Source of the DNA: an uncultured virus (IMG/VR IMGVR_UViG_3300043468_001049) | Lineage: Duplodnaviria; Heunggongvirae; Uroviricota; Caudoviricetes | IMG/VR virus record: IMGVR_UViG_3300043468_001049 | DNA: 20,000 nucleotides | Direction: 5' to 3' (one strand) | Part shown: in pieces, positions 1 through 8,209 of the stretch | Numbering within the stretch: the first letter of the stretch is position 1 | Layout: the number at the start of each line of letters is the position of its first letter | The notes under the pieces: model-generated | The model's input: only the letters and a program-made list of their open reading frames with translations | Told to the model about the DNA's origin: nothing | Databases searched by the model: none | Translations under genes and position numbers: made by a program

Positions 1-1
1 G

Positions 2-247
2 CAACAACAGAATAATAAGTTGTATCAATACTCTACCGTATTATATGGATTTGGAACTCAACAATTAGATACTTTTATTGAGTTGCATAATAAAACGATT
101 GATTTTTTATCTGATTCGAATAATCATCATTTTGATATGGAAACATTATTCTATTTTTATATGAGAGATCATGAAGATAAAATAATCGAAACAGATTGGA
201 GAGTTTCGGGATGGCTAGGACCGTGCGGAACATTTGTGTTCTATTGA
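2..247 (+). CDS. Hypothetical protein, 3' part only (open frame runs off the left edge)
   Basis: Frame is open from position 2 (QQQNNKLYQYSTVLYGFG...) to TGA at 245-247; no recognisable motif. Confidence 0.6.
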   Translation, partial: QQQNNKLYQYSTVLYGFGTQQLDTFIELHNKTIDFLSDSNNHHFDMETLFYFYMRDHEDKIIETDWRVSGWLGPCGTFVFY

Positions 248-256
248 GGTAATATT

Positions 257-805
257 ATGAAAGTAAATCTTATTATTGTAGACAATTTTTATATCAATCC
301 AGATTCGGTTCGAAGTTATGCTCTTTCTCAGCCATTTGGAGTCATCGGAAACTACCCTGGAAAGAGAACTGCTCCTTATTTGGGAGATGATGTGAAAAAT
401 GCTATCCAATCAATCGTTTATAATGCAGGTGGAAAGGTTACAGATTGGCTAGAAAATAGTGGATATGATGGTGCTTTTCAAATTTGCACATCTCAAGATA
501 GAACGTGGATTCATGCTGATACTTACAATACTTGGGCTGGAGTTTGTTATTTAAATCCTGATCCACCACTATCCTCTGGAACGGCACTCTATCGCTATAA
601 AGAAACGAAAGAGTATGTAAAAACAAACAATGATTACGACGGATATGATTATACCAAGTGGGAGATGACCGATTATGTCTCTAACAGATATAATCGGTTA
701 GTTTTGTATCGCGGTGCGCTATATCACTGCTCTCATCACTATTTCGGCACTAATATTTACGATGGACGCCTATTCCAGACCTTCTTCTTCAATACAGAAT
801 TTTAA
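257..805 (+). CDS. 2OG-Fe(II) oxygenase-like protein (DUF6445-type)
   Basis: N-terminal IVDNFYxNPDxVR and YPGxRT; facial-triad-like HxD (WIHAD) and distal H (LYHCS); C-terminal GRL. GAGG Shine-Dalgarno upstream. Confidence 0.7.
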   Translation: MKVNLIIVDNFYINPDSVRSYALSQPFGVIGNYPGKRTAPYLGDDVKNAIQSIVYNAGGKVTDWLENSGYDGAFQICTSQDRTWIHADTYNTWAGVCYLNPDPPLSSGTALYRYKETKEYVKTNNDYDGYDYTKWEMTDYVSNRYNRLVLYRGALYHCSHHYFGTNIYDGRLFQTFFFNTEF

Positions 806-818
806 ATTTGTAGAATCG

Positions 819-826
819 ACTAAATA
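819..826 (+). promoter_or_regulatory. T4-type late promoter variant ACTAAATA upstream of gp13
   Basis: Intergenic, 23 nt before the gp13 ATG; the same octamer occurs before gp18 and the gp67-like gene. Confidence 0.7.
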
Positions 827-849
827 TATCGATAGCAGAGAGGTTTCAA

Positions 850-1611
850 ATGGCGCAGCCTTCCACACGCACAGAATTAAAAGACTATTGTCTTCGAAAA
901 CTCGGATTCCCAGTTATTGATATTAACGTTGATGACGATCAGCTCGAAGATCGTATTGACGATGCATTACAACAATTTCGAAACTATCATTTCGACGGAA
1001 TTGAGAGAACTTGGTTAGCGCACCAGCTAACCGCAGGAGATATTACGAACAAATATGTTCAACTTGCTGACTCTATTATCGGAGTTTCAAAAGTATTTCC
1101 ATATACTGGATCTACTCAATCTTCAACATCATCAGCAGGATTTAACATTTTTGATATTAATTATCAGCTTCGTCTTAATGACTTCTACAATCTAACATCT
1201 TCTTCCTACACTTATTATGTCATTGCTCGCGAGCATCTCTCAATGCTTGATATGATTATTACAGGCGAATATCCATATACTTTTAACAAAGTAACTGGAA
1301 AATTAAATTTTCAAATTGATATGGATAATCGATTTAAACCTGGAAACTACATGGTGTTTGAGTGCCTTAGAGTTGTTGATGCAGAAGCCTACAGCAAAGT
1401 TTTTAATGATCTTTGGCTCAAAGCATATACAACTCAATTGTTTAAACGTCAATGGGGCGAAAACTTGAAGAAGTATGATAATTACGTTCTTCCAGGTGGT
1501 CTAGTTATAAATGGTCAGAGAATTTGGGACGAAGCATCAATTGAAGTTGAAAAACTCGAAGAAAAACTTCGTGATACTTACGAAGAACCAATTCCATTTT
1601 TAGTAGGCTAA
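850..1611 (+). CDS. gp13: Neck protein gp13
   Basis: ELKDYCLRKLGFPVIDINVDDDQ, YHFDG, WGENLKKY and LPGGLVING motifs; first gene of the neck-tail-head block. Confidence 0.95.
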   Translation: MAQPSTRTELKDYCLRKLGFPVIDINVDDDQLEDRIDDALQQFRNYHFDGIERTWLAHQLTAGDITNKYVQLADSIIGVSKVFPYTGSTQSSTSSAGFNIFDINYQLRLNDFYNLTSSSYTYYVIAREHLSMLDMIITGEYPYTFNKVTGKLNFQIDMDNRFKPGNYMVFECLRVVDAEAYSKVFNDLWLKAYTTQLFKRQWGENLKKYDNYVLPGGLVINGQRIWDEASIEVEKLEEKLRDTYEEPIPFLVG

Positions 1612-1612
1612 A

Positions 1613-2497
1613 ATGGCAACAAGTGTCTATTTTAATAATCAAGATGCAAGAACAGAACAATTTTTGCTTGAAGATTTGATCATTGAATCAATTCGAAATC
1701 ACGGAATAGATGTATATTATATTCCAAGATATTCACAATCTTCTACTGATGAACTATTTGGTGATGATCCCGTTAAAACGTTCACTGGTGCATATAAAAT
1801 GGAAATGTATCTTGAAACGTTTAAAGATTATGAGGGCAACAAAGAATTTTACTCTAAATTTGGTTTAGAAATTCAAGAAACTGCTCGTGTATGTGTTGCT
1901 CGTAGAACATTTGAAAAGTATGTCACATCAATTGTTGGTTCGCGCGCAAATACACCAAAAGAAGGCGATTTAATTTATCTTCCTGTTCAATTTAAATTGA
2001 TGGAAATTAAATTCGTGGAAGAAGAAAAAAACTTTTTCCAGTTAGGTAAAGACGCTAAAAATCCATACATGTATGGGTTAACAGTTGAGGCGTTTAAGTA
2101 TAATGGCGAATTACTTCAAACTGGTGTTGATGCAATTGATCGTATTGCAGATTTACAAGCTGTCACTGTCAATTATACAATGCAAGCTGGTGGAACAGGA
2201 ACATATCAAGACTTTGAATGGGCATATCAGGGGTCATCTCTTGCAACAGCCACAGCAAAGGGTGTTGTTGCTTCGTGGGACAAACCAACTCGTATTTTAG
2301 AATTGAGAAATATCAAAGGCTCGTTTACAAACAACGTTGCAATAATTGGCGAATCGAGCGGTGCTTCTTGGATACACACCACTTCTGATCCAATGCAAAA
2401 TGGAAATGACACAAGTATGCAAGATAATTATCGCATGGAAACCGAAGCAGACAACATCATTGACTTCTCTGAAGTCAATCCATTTGGTGAACCATAA
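1613..2497 (+). CDS. gp14: Neck / head-closure protein gp14
   Basis: GIDVYYIPR, SKFGLEI, PKEGDLIY, FFQLGK motifs and C-terminal DFSEVNPFG; follows gp13. Confidence 0.93.
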   Translation: MATSVYFNNQDARTEQFLLEDLIIESIRNHGIDVYYIPRYSQSSTDELFGDDPVKTFTGAYKMEMYLETFKDYEGNKEFYSKFGLEIQETARVCVARRTFEKYVTSIVGSRANTPKEGDLIYLPVQFKLMEIKFVEEEKNFFQLGKDAKNPYMYGLTVEAFKYNGELLQTGVDAIDRIADLQAVTVNYTMQAGGTGTYQDFEWAYQGSSLATATAKGVVASWDKPTRILELRNIKGSFTNNVAIIGESSGASWIHTTSDPMQNGNDTSMQDNYRMETEADNIIDFSEVNPFGEP

Positions 2498-3504
2498 TGT
2501 TTTCAAACGTTCATTTTTATCATCGTATTACTCGAAAAATGGTTGTGGCATTCGGCACACTTTTTAATAATATTCGTTTGGTGCGCTATAATAAAGCAGG
2601 CACAACTGAGATTGAAAGAATTGTTGTGCCACTACAATATGCCCAAAAAGAAAAGTTTTATCAACGCATCACACAAGATCCTGAATTAACAAAAGAAGTT
2701 CAAATGACTCTCCCAAGAATGAGTTTTGAACTAACTGCAATTACATATGATCCAAGTAGAAAACGAAATTTATTTTCTGAAAGTTTTTCTGCTGAGTCAA
2801 ACACAACAGTTAAGATTGTACGAACAACACCATATAATTTTGAATTTACTTTATACATATATGTTCGTAATACAGAAGATGGAACGCAAATTGTTGAGCA
2901 AATTCTTCCATACTTTAATCCCGATTATAATTTAACACTAGACATGGTTGGTCTTGCAGATCAAAAAGTTGATGTGCCATTCATTCTTCAAAATATCAAT
3001 TACAACGTTGAAGATATTGGAGACGGAGAAACAACACGTGTTCTTGTATGGAGTTTAACATTTACTGCTAAAGGTTATATGTTTGGTCCAATTACATCTG
3101 CAAATGTTATTCGCAAAGTTACTGCAAATACATACAATATGGTCACAGCAGATACTCAAGAATCTCAGCGTTTGCTGTATACTGCGAACACTGGCTTTGG
3201 AACATTTAAAATTGGTGAGTTGGTATATCAAGGTGAGAGTTTATCAGCAGCAAACTCAACTGCATTTGTTGATGCTTGGGATCCAACATCATATAGATTA
3301 GTTGTCTCTGATGTTGCAGGAGTTTTGAAAGTTGGTCAAAATATAACTGGTGCAATTTCTAATGCATCGTATAATTTAACTTCATTTGGAGTAAATGATT
3401 ATCAACTATTTAAACTTCAAATTACTCCAGATCCAACAACAGCAAATGCTCAAACTGCATTTGGGTTTGACGAAATTATTCAATATGCACCAAATATAAC
3501 ATGA
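2497..3504 (+). CDS. gp15: Tail sheath stabiliser / tail terminator gp15
   Basis: FYHxxxRKxVVAFGTLFNNI, LPRMSFE and QIVEQILPYFNP motifs; TAATG coupling to gp14. Confidence 0.93.
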   Translation: MFSNVHFYHRITRKMVVAFGTLFNNIRLVRYNKAGTTEIERIVVPLQYAQKEKFYQRITQDPELTKEVQMTLPRMSFELTAITYDPSRKRNLFSESFSAESNTTVKIVRTTPYNFEFTLYIYVRNTEDGTQIVEQILPYFNPDYNLTLDMVGLADQKVDVPFILQNINYNVEDIGDGETTRVLVWSLTFTAKGYMFGPITSANVIRKVTANTYNMVTADTQESQRLLYTANTGFGTFKIGELVYQGESLSAANSTAFVDAWDPTSYRLVVSDVAGVLKVGQNITGAISNASYNLTSFGVNDYQLFKLQITPDPTTANAQTAFGFDEIIQYAPNIT

Positions 3505-3917
3505 GTAAAATTGATCATAATTTATCTGAAGTTTTAAACACTGATTATATCCCCGTAATAGCTGAGGAACATAAAAGTGTTACTATTCATGAGCCAGACA
3601 GATCAGCTGATAATCCTGACGCTGACTATTCTCGGGCTAATTATTACAATCTTATCGAAAAGGGTAATGAGGCTTTGGACGGCATTCTTGAAGTGGCGAA
3701 AGAATCGCAGCACCCAAGAGCGTATGAAGTAGCAGCAAACATGATCAAAAATCTCTCTGACGTTACAGAGAAATTGATGATTCTACAAAAGCAGCAACAA
3801 GAACTTCAACCAAAAGAATCAGCAGCATCAACTAATATCAATGTAGACAAAGCAGTGTTCGTTGGCAGCACCGCTGAGTTATTGCGACAATTAAAGAATG
3901 AATCAAATAGCGGCTAA
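3501..3917 (+). CDS. gp16: Terminase small subunit gp16
   Basis: DYxxSRxNYY, HPRAYEV and VFVGSTAEL motifs; overlaps the start of gp17. Confidence 0.92.
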   Translation: MSKIDHNLSEVLNTDYIPVIAEEHKSVTIHEPDRSADNPDADYSRANYYNLIEKGNEALDGILEVAKESQHPRAYEVAANMIKNLSDVTEKLMILQKQQQELQPKESAASTNINVDKAVFVGSTAELLRQLKNESNSG

Positions 3918-5532
3918 ACTGAAGCATTATCTTGGCAATCCCAAGCTGAAGCGAGTTAACATGGCGATGAATCTTACGGAGGATCAAATCCGTGAGTTCG
4001 TCAAATGCGCTCAAGATCCAACATACTTTATCGAAAACTATGTTAAGATCATTACACTTGATAAAGGTTTCGTTCAGATTGAACTTTATCCGTTTCAAAA
4101 ACAAGTTGTTACTGATATTAACGAAAATCGTCGCGTGATTGTAAAGGCAGGTCGTCAGGTTGGTAAGACGACGATCATTGTAGGTTATATCCTTTGGTAC
4201 ATTCTATTCAATCAAGATAAAACTGTTGCGATTCTTGCGAACAAAGCCAGTACGTCAAGAGAAATTCTTGCTCGCATTAAACTCGCATATGAAGCATTGC
4301 CAATGTGGATTCAGCAAGGTGTGAAGGTTTGGAACAAAGGTGACATTGAACTTGAAAATGGATGTCGTGTGATTGCTAATTCAACTGCCTCTAGCGCAAT
4401 TCGTGGTTTTTCTATTTCGCTTCTATACCTTGACGAATTTGCATTCGTTCCAAGTAATATTGCCGAAGAATTTTTTACATCTGTTTATCCAACGATTTCT
4501 TCTGGTACGACTTCGAAGATTTTAATTTCTTCAACGCCAAATGGCATGAATCACTTTTATAAAATGTGGACCGAAGCCGTTGAAGGTCAAAATGGATTTA
4601 CACACTGTGAAGCGAACTGGCGTCAAGTTCCAGGGAGAACTCAACAATGGGCAGATGAACAACGTCGCGTTCTTGGTGAACAAAAGTTTCTTCAGGAAAT
4701 GGAATGCGAATTTATGGGTTCATCAGGAACTCTACTTTCAGCCGCTGCACTTAAATCTCTTGCGTTCGTGAAACCATTACATCTAACTGAAAATGGAATT
4801 AAGATTTATCAAGCACCGATCCCTCAGCATAATTATATGATAGTTGCAGACACCTCTCGCGGAAAAGGATTGGACTATTCCGCATTTAGTGTTATAGATG
4901 TTACAAGTATTCCTTATCGTCAGGTTTGTACATATAAAGATAATAATATAAGCCCTCTTGTGTATCCATCAATCATTAAACGCATGGGCGATTACTATAA
5001 TCAGGCTTATGTTCTTGTTGAAATTAATGACAATGGGCAGCAGGTAGTTGATTCTTTATTCGAAGATTATGAATATGAAAATATTCTTTCGACCGTTGAT
5101 ATAAAGGGGAAAACTGCAGTTACATGGGGCTATGGAAATAAATCATATCGTGGAATTCGAACGACGAAATCTGTCAAACGTTTGGGTTGCTCATTGATGA
5201 AAAACTTGATTGAGGGTGAGAAACTCATTGTTCAAGATTTCGAAACAATCTCAGAGCTCTCAACTTTTATTTCGAAAGGAACGAGTTTTGAATCGGAAGA
5301 AGGAAGTCATGACGATTTAGTGATGACTCTTGTTCTCTTTTCATGGATGACGAATCAACAATTTTTTGCTGACATGACGAATACTGACATACGACTTCGA
5401 CTTCATGAAGAACAAATGAAACAGATCGAAGAGGAGTCTCTGCCCACATTTTTGGCTGGACATGTTGATGTCGACGAGGGTGATAACAGATTTGTCTCAG
5501 ATGGATCAGTTTGGGATGTCGTAAATCGTTAA
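3898..5532 (+). CDS. gp17: Terminase large subunit gp17
   Basis: YLGNPKLK, Walker A GRQVGKT, Walker B LLYLDEFAF, coupling motif STPNG, nuclease motifs DTSRGKGLDYS and HDDLVM. Confidence 0.98.
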   Translation: MNQIAAKLKHYLGNPKLKRVNMAMNLTEDQIREFVKCAQDPTYFIENYVKIITLDKGFVQIELYPFQKQVVTDINENRRVIVKAGRQVGKTTIIVGYILWYILFNQDKTVAILANKASTSREILARIKLAYEALPMWIQQGVKVWNKGDIELENGCRVIANSTASSAIRGFSISLLYLDEFAFVPSNIAEEFFTSVYPTISSGTTSKILISSTPNGMNHFYKMWTEAVEGQNGFTHCEANWRQVPGRTQQWADEQRRVLGEQKFLQEMECEFMGSSGTLLSAAALKSLAFVKPLHLTENGIKIYQAPIPQHNYMIVADTSRGKGLDYSAFSVIDVTSIPYRQVCTYKDNNISPLVYPSIIKRMGDYYNQAYVLVEINDNGQQVVDSLFEDYEYENILSTVDIKGKTAVTWGYGNKSYRGIRTTKSVKRLGCSLMKNLIEGEKLIVQDFETISELSTFISKGTSFESEEGSHDDLVMTLVLFSWMTNQQFFADMTNTDIRLRLHEEQMKQIEEESLPTFLAGHVDVDEGDNRFVSDGSVWDVVNR

Positions 5533-5544
5533 AATCCTCCTTTT

Positions 5545-5552
5545 ACTAAATA
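5545..5552 (+). promoter_or_regulatory. T4-type late promoter variant ACTAAATA upstream of gp18
   Basis: Intergenic; followed by an AGGAG Shine-Dalgarno at 5582-5586. Confidence 0.75.
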
Positions 5553-5594
5553 TTCAGTAGATTTCTTAATTCTCCATTCATAGGAGCATAAAAC

Positions 5595-7304
5595 ATGGCT
5601 TTTCAAGTATCTCCTGGTGTTGTTACATCTGAAGTTGATTTAACAACAGTCGTTCCAGCGGTTGCAACAACGACTGGTGCGTTTTGCGGTAATTTTAATT
5701 GGGGTCCAGCCGAAATTGCAATTGCAGTTTCCGACGAAAACAAACTGGTTGAGTTTTTCGGCAAACCAGACAATAATACAGCAGTTTCATTCTATACAGC
5801 TGCAAATTTCTTGTCATATGGCAGTGACCTTCGCGTAGTTCGTGCAGTTAATGGAATAAACACTAATACTGCAGTTTCGAACTCAAGTTCAAATGTTCTC
5901 ATCAAGAACGATGAAACATACTTCAACACCTACTACAACTCAAACAGTGCAACAGTTGGTGCATGGGCTGCACGTTATGCTGGCGCAAGGGGAAACTCTC
6001 TAAAGATTTCTGTTTGGGCAAATACAAATACATCACTATTCTCTGCTTGGGCATATGCTCCATATTTCTCAAGTGCTCCAGGAACATCTACTTACGCTTC
6101 AAGTGTCGGTGGTTCAAACGACGAACTTCACGTTATCGTTGTTGACGAAGATGGATTGTTTACAGGAACTCAAAATACGGTTCTTGAAGTTTATCCATTC
6201 CTATCAAAAGCATCTGATGCCAAGGATAGCGTTGGTAACTCAAACTACTATCGCGACGTAATCTATCGTCAATCAAAATACGTCCACTGGACAGATCACC
6301 CAGATACTGTAAACACTTCAGCAACATGGGGTAAGAGTGCAACCAACAGAGCATTTAGCGATCTAGTCAATGTTACTGGTCTACACACAATATCTCTTGT
6401 GAACGGTACTGATGGTTATCCAGTTGCTGGAAACGTTCAAACAGGATATTCTAAGTTTGTGAATCCTGAAGAAATTGATGTATCATTAATTCTAACAGGC
6501 GATCACTCACCTGCAACGGTTCTCTACGCAATTCAAACTGTCGCTGAAGCAAGAAAAGACGCAGTAGCATTCGTTTCACCAACACTCGCTAACTGCCAAT
6601 CAACAACAGCAACAGACGATATCGTAAATTATCGTAAGAATGCTCTTGCAAATGTCAGCTCTTCATACGCAGTGATGGATAGTGGTTGGAAGTATCAATA
6701 CGACAAGTACAACGATGTTTATCGTTGGATTCCATTGAACGGTGATATTGGTGGTATTTGCGCAAGAACTGACGCTGTTCGTGACCCATGGTTCTCACCA
6801 GCAGGATCTGCTCGTGGTCAAGTCAAGAATATCGTAAAACTTGCTTACTATCCAACTTCAACACAACGCGACACTCTTTATAAGAATGCGATCAACCCAG
6901 TTGTAAGTTTCCCAGGAGAAGGAACGATTCTCTTCGGCGATAAGACAATGCTTGGTAAGCCAAGTGCTTTTGATCGTATTAATGTTCGTCGCTTGTTTAT
7001 TGTTCTAGAAAAAGCAATTGCGATCGCTGCACGTTCAAGCCTCTTCGAATTCAATGATGAATTTACAAGAGCACAGTTTGTCTCGCTTGTTGAGCCATTC
7101 TTGAGAACGGTTAAGGGTCGTCGCGGTATCTTTGATTATCGCGTGGTTTGCGACACAACGAACAATACTCCAGAAGTCATTGACCGTAATGAGTTTATTG
7201 GAGATATCTACGTTAAACCAGCTAGAAGCATTAACTTTATCCAGTTGAACTTTGTCGCTGTAAGAACTGGCGTAGCCTTCGAGGAAATCGTTGGTAGAGC
7301 CTAA
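5595..7304 (+). CDS. gp18: Tail sheath protein gp18
   Basis: N-terminal SPGVxxxExDLT, PWFSPAG, FDRINVRRLF, FEFNDEFTR and KPARSINFIQLNF motifs. Confidence 0.98.
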   Translation: MAFQVSPGVVTSEVDLTTVVPAVATTTGAFCGNFNWGPAEIAIAVSDENKLVEFFGKPDNNTAVSFYTAANFLSYGSDLRVVRAVNGINTNTAVSNSSSNVLIKNDETYFNTYYNSNSATVGAWAARYAGARGNSLKISVWANTNTSLFSAWAYAPYFSSAPGTSTYASSVGGSNDELHVIVVDEDGLFTGTQNTVLEVYPFLSKASDAKDSVGNSNYYRDVIYRQSKYVHWTDHPDTVNTSATWGKSATNRAFSDLVNVTGLHTISLVNGTDGYPVAGNVQTGYSKFVNPEEIDVSLILTGDHSPATVLYAIQTVAEARKDAVAFVSPTLANCQSTTATDDIVNYRKNALANVSSSYAVMDSGWKYQYDKYNDVYRWIPLNGDIGGICARTDAVRDPWFSPAGSARGQVKNIVKLAYYPTSTQRDTLYKNAINPVVSFPGEGTILFGDKTMLGKPSAFDRINVRRLFIVLEKAIAIAARSSLFEFNDEFTRAQFVSLVEPFLRTVKGRRGIFDYRVVCDTTNNTPEVIDRNEFIGDIYVKPARSINFIQLNFVAVRTGVAFEEIVGRA

Positions 7305-7313
7305 TCTAACGAA

Positions 7314-7321
7314 GATAAATA
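7314..7321 (+). promoter_or_regulatory. T4-type late promoter variant GATAAATA upstream of gp19
   Basis: Intergenic, followed by AGGAG and the ATG at 7347. Confidence 0.7.
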
Positions 7322-7346
7322 GATAAAGTTTCAGGAGAAATAAACA

Positions 7347-7856
7347 ATGCCATTTAATATTTCAGAATTTACTTCTACATTTACTGGTGATGGCGCACGT
7401 CCTAATCTGTTTGAGGTTCAAATCAACAGATTAGGACCAAACTTTAACTTCTTGTGTAAAGCAGCGCAGTTGCCAGGTTCAACAGTTGGACTCGTTGAAG
7501 TTCCATACTTTGGACGTAATGTGAAATATGCTGGTAACAGAACATTTGCTGATTGGACTGTAACGATCCTCAATGATGAAGACTTTGCAATTCGCAATGC
7601 TCTTGAGTTGTTGATGCAAGATATTAACAGTCACGAAGATAACTTGGCTGCTGTTCTAGCAGACGGTTATCAATTCGACGCGCTTGTGACTCAATATTCA
7701 AAAGTTGGTGCAATTATTAAAGAATATCAATTTAGAGGAATGTTCCCAATTGATATTTCACCAATTGAATTGGATTGGGGCGCAAACGACACGATTGAAG
7801 AGTACCAAGTTACATTTGCATACCAGTACTGGACTTCAGCAAGCAGCGCAACCTAA
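7347..7856 (+). CDS. gp19: Tail tube protein gp19
   Basis: GARPNLFEV, FLCKAAQLPG, AGNRTFADWTVT and IEEYQVTFAYQYW motifs. Confidence 0.96.
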   Translation: MPFNISEFTSTFTGDGARPNLFEVQINRLGPNFNFLCKAAQLPGSTVGLVEVPYFGRNVKYAGNRTFADWTVTILNDEDFAIRNALELLMQDINSHEDNLAAVLADGYQFDALVTQYSKVGAIIKEYQFRGMFPIDISPIELDWGANDTIEEYQVTFAYQYWTSASSAT

Positions 7857-7868
7857 TAGGAGGTCGCT

Positions 7869-8177
7869 ATGAGTTTCTTTAAGAGTCTTGTACGTCGTGT
7901 AAAGCGTACTGTAAAAGCACAAGTAACATCACAAGTTACTGGGTTTGTTGGAAGAGCAGCATCTAGTGTTACCAGTGCAGCAACATCTAGAGTGACGGGT
8001 GCTGTGAATTCTAGAATTGGCGGCACAATCAACACTTTGAAAGATAGAGTTACTGCTGCTGGCGTAGCATCTAGAAGATCTGGACTAAATCCATTTGCAA
8101 ATGCTGCTGCTAATCGTGTTGCCAAAGGCGCAATTGCTCGAGCAAAAGGTGAAAAAATTGTTGATCCATTCGGTTAA
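7869..8177 (+). CDS. Hypothetical small basic Ala/Ser/Thr/Val/Arg-rich protein
   Basis: Strong AGGAGG Shine-Dalgarno at 7858-7863; fills the gp19-gp20 gap; no recognisable family. Confidence 0.8.
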   Translation: MSFFKSLVRRVKRTVKAQVTSQVTGFVGRAASSVTSAATSRVTGAVNSRIGGTINTLKDRVTAAGVASRRSGLNPFANAAANRVAKGAIARAKGEKIVDPFG

Positions 8178-8209
8178 CAATTAATTTTTATTATGATGGG
8201 TAAAAAAAT

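Noticed and set aside
815..833. ATCGA/TCGAT inverted repeat around the gp13 late promoter
   Set aside because: Only 5 bp and not repeated at the other late promoters.
5595..7304. Enrichment of classical N-x-S/T sequons in gp18
   Set aside because: About 8 of 44 Asn by hand count, close to what the high Ser/Thr content would give.
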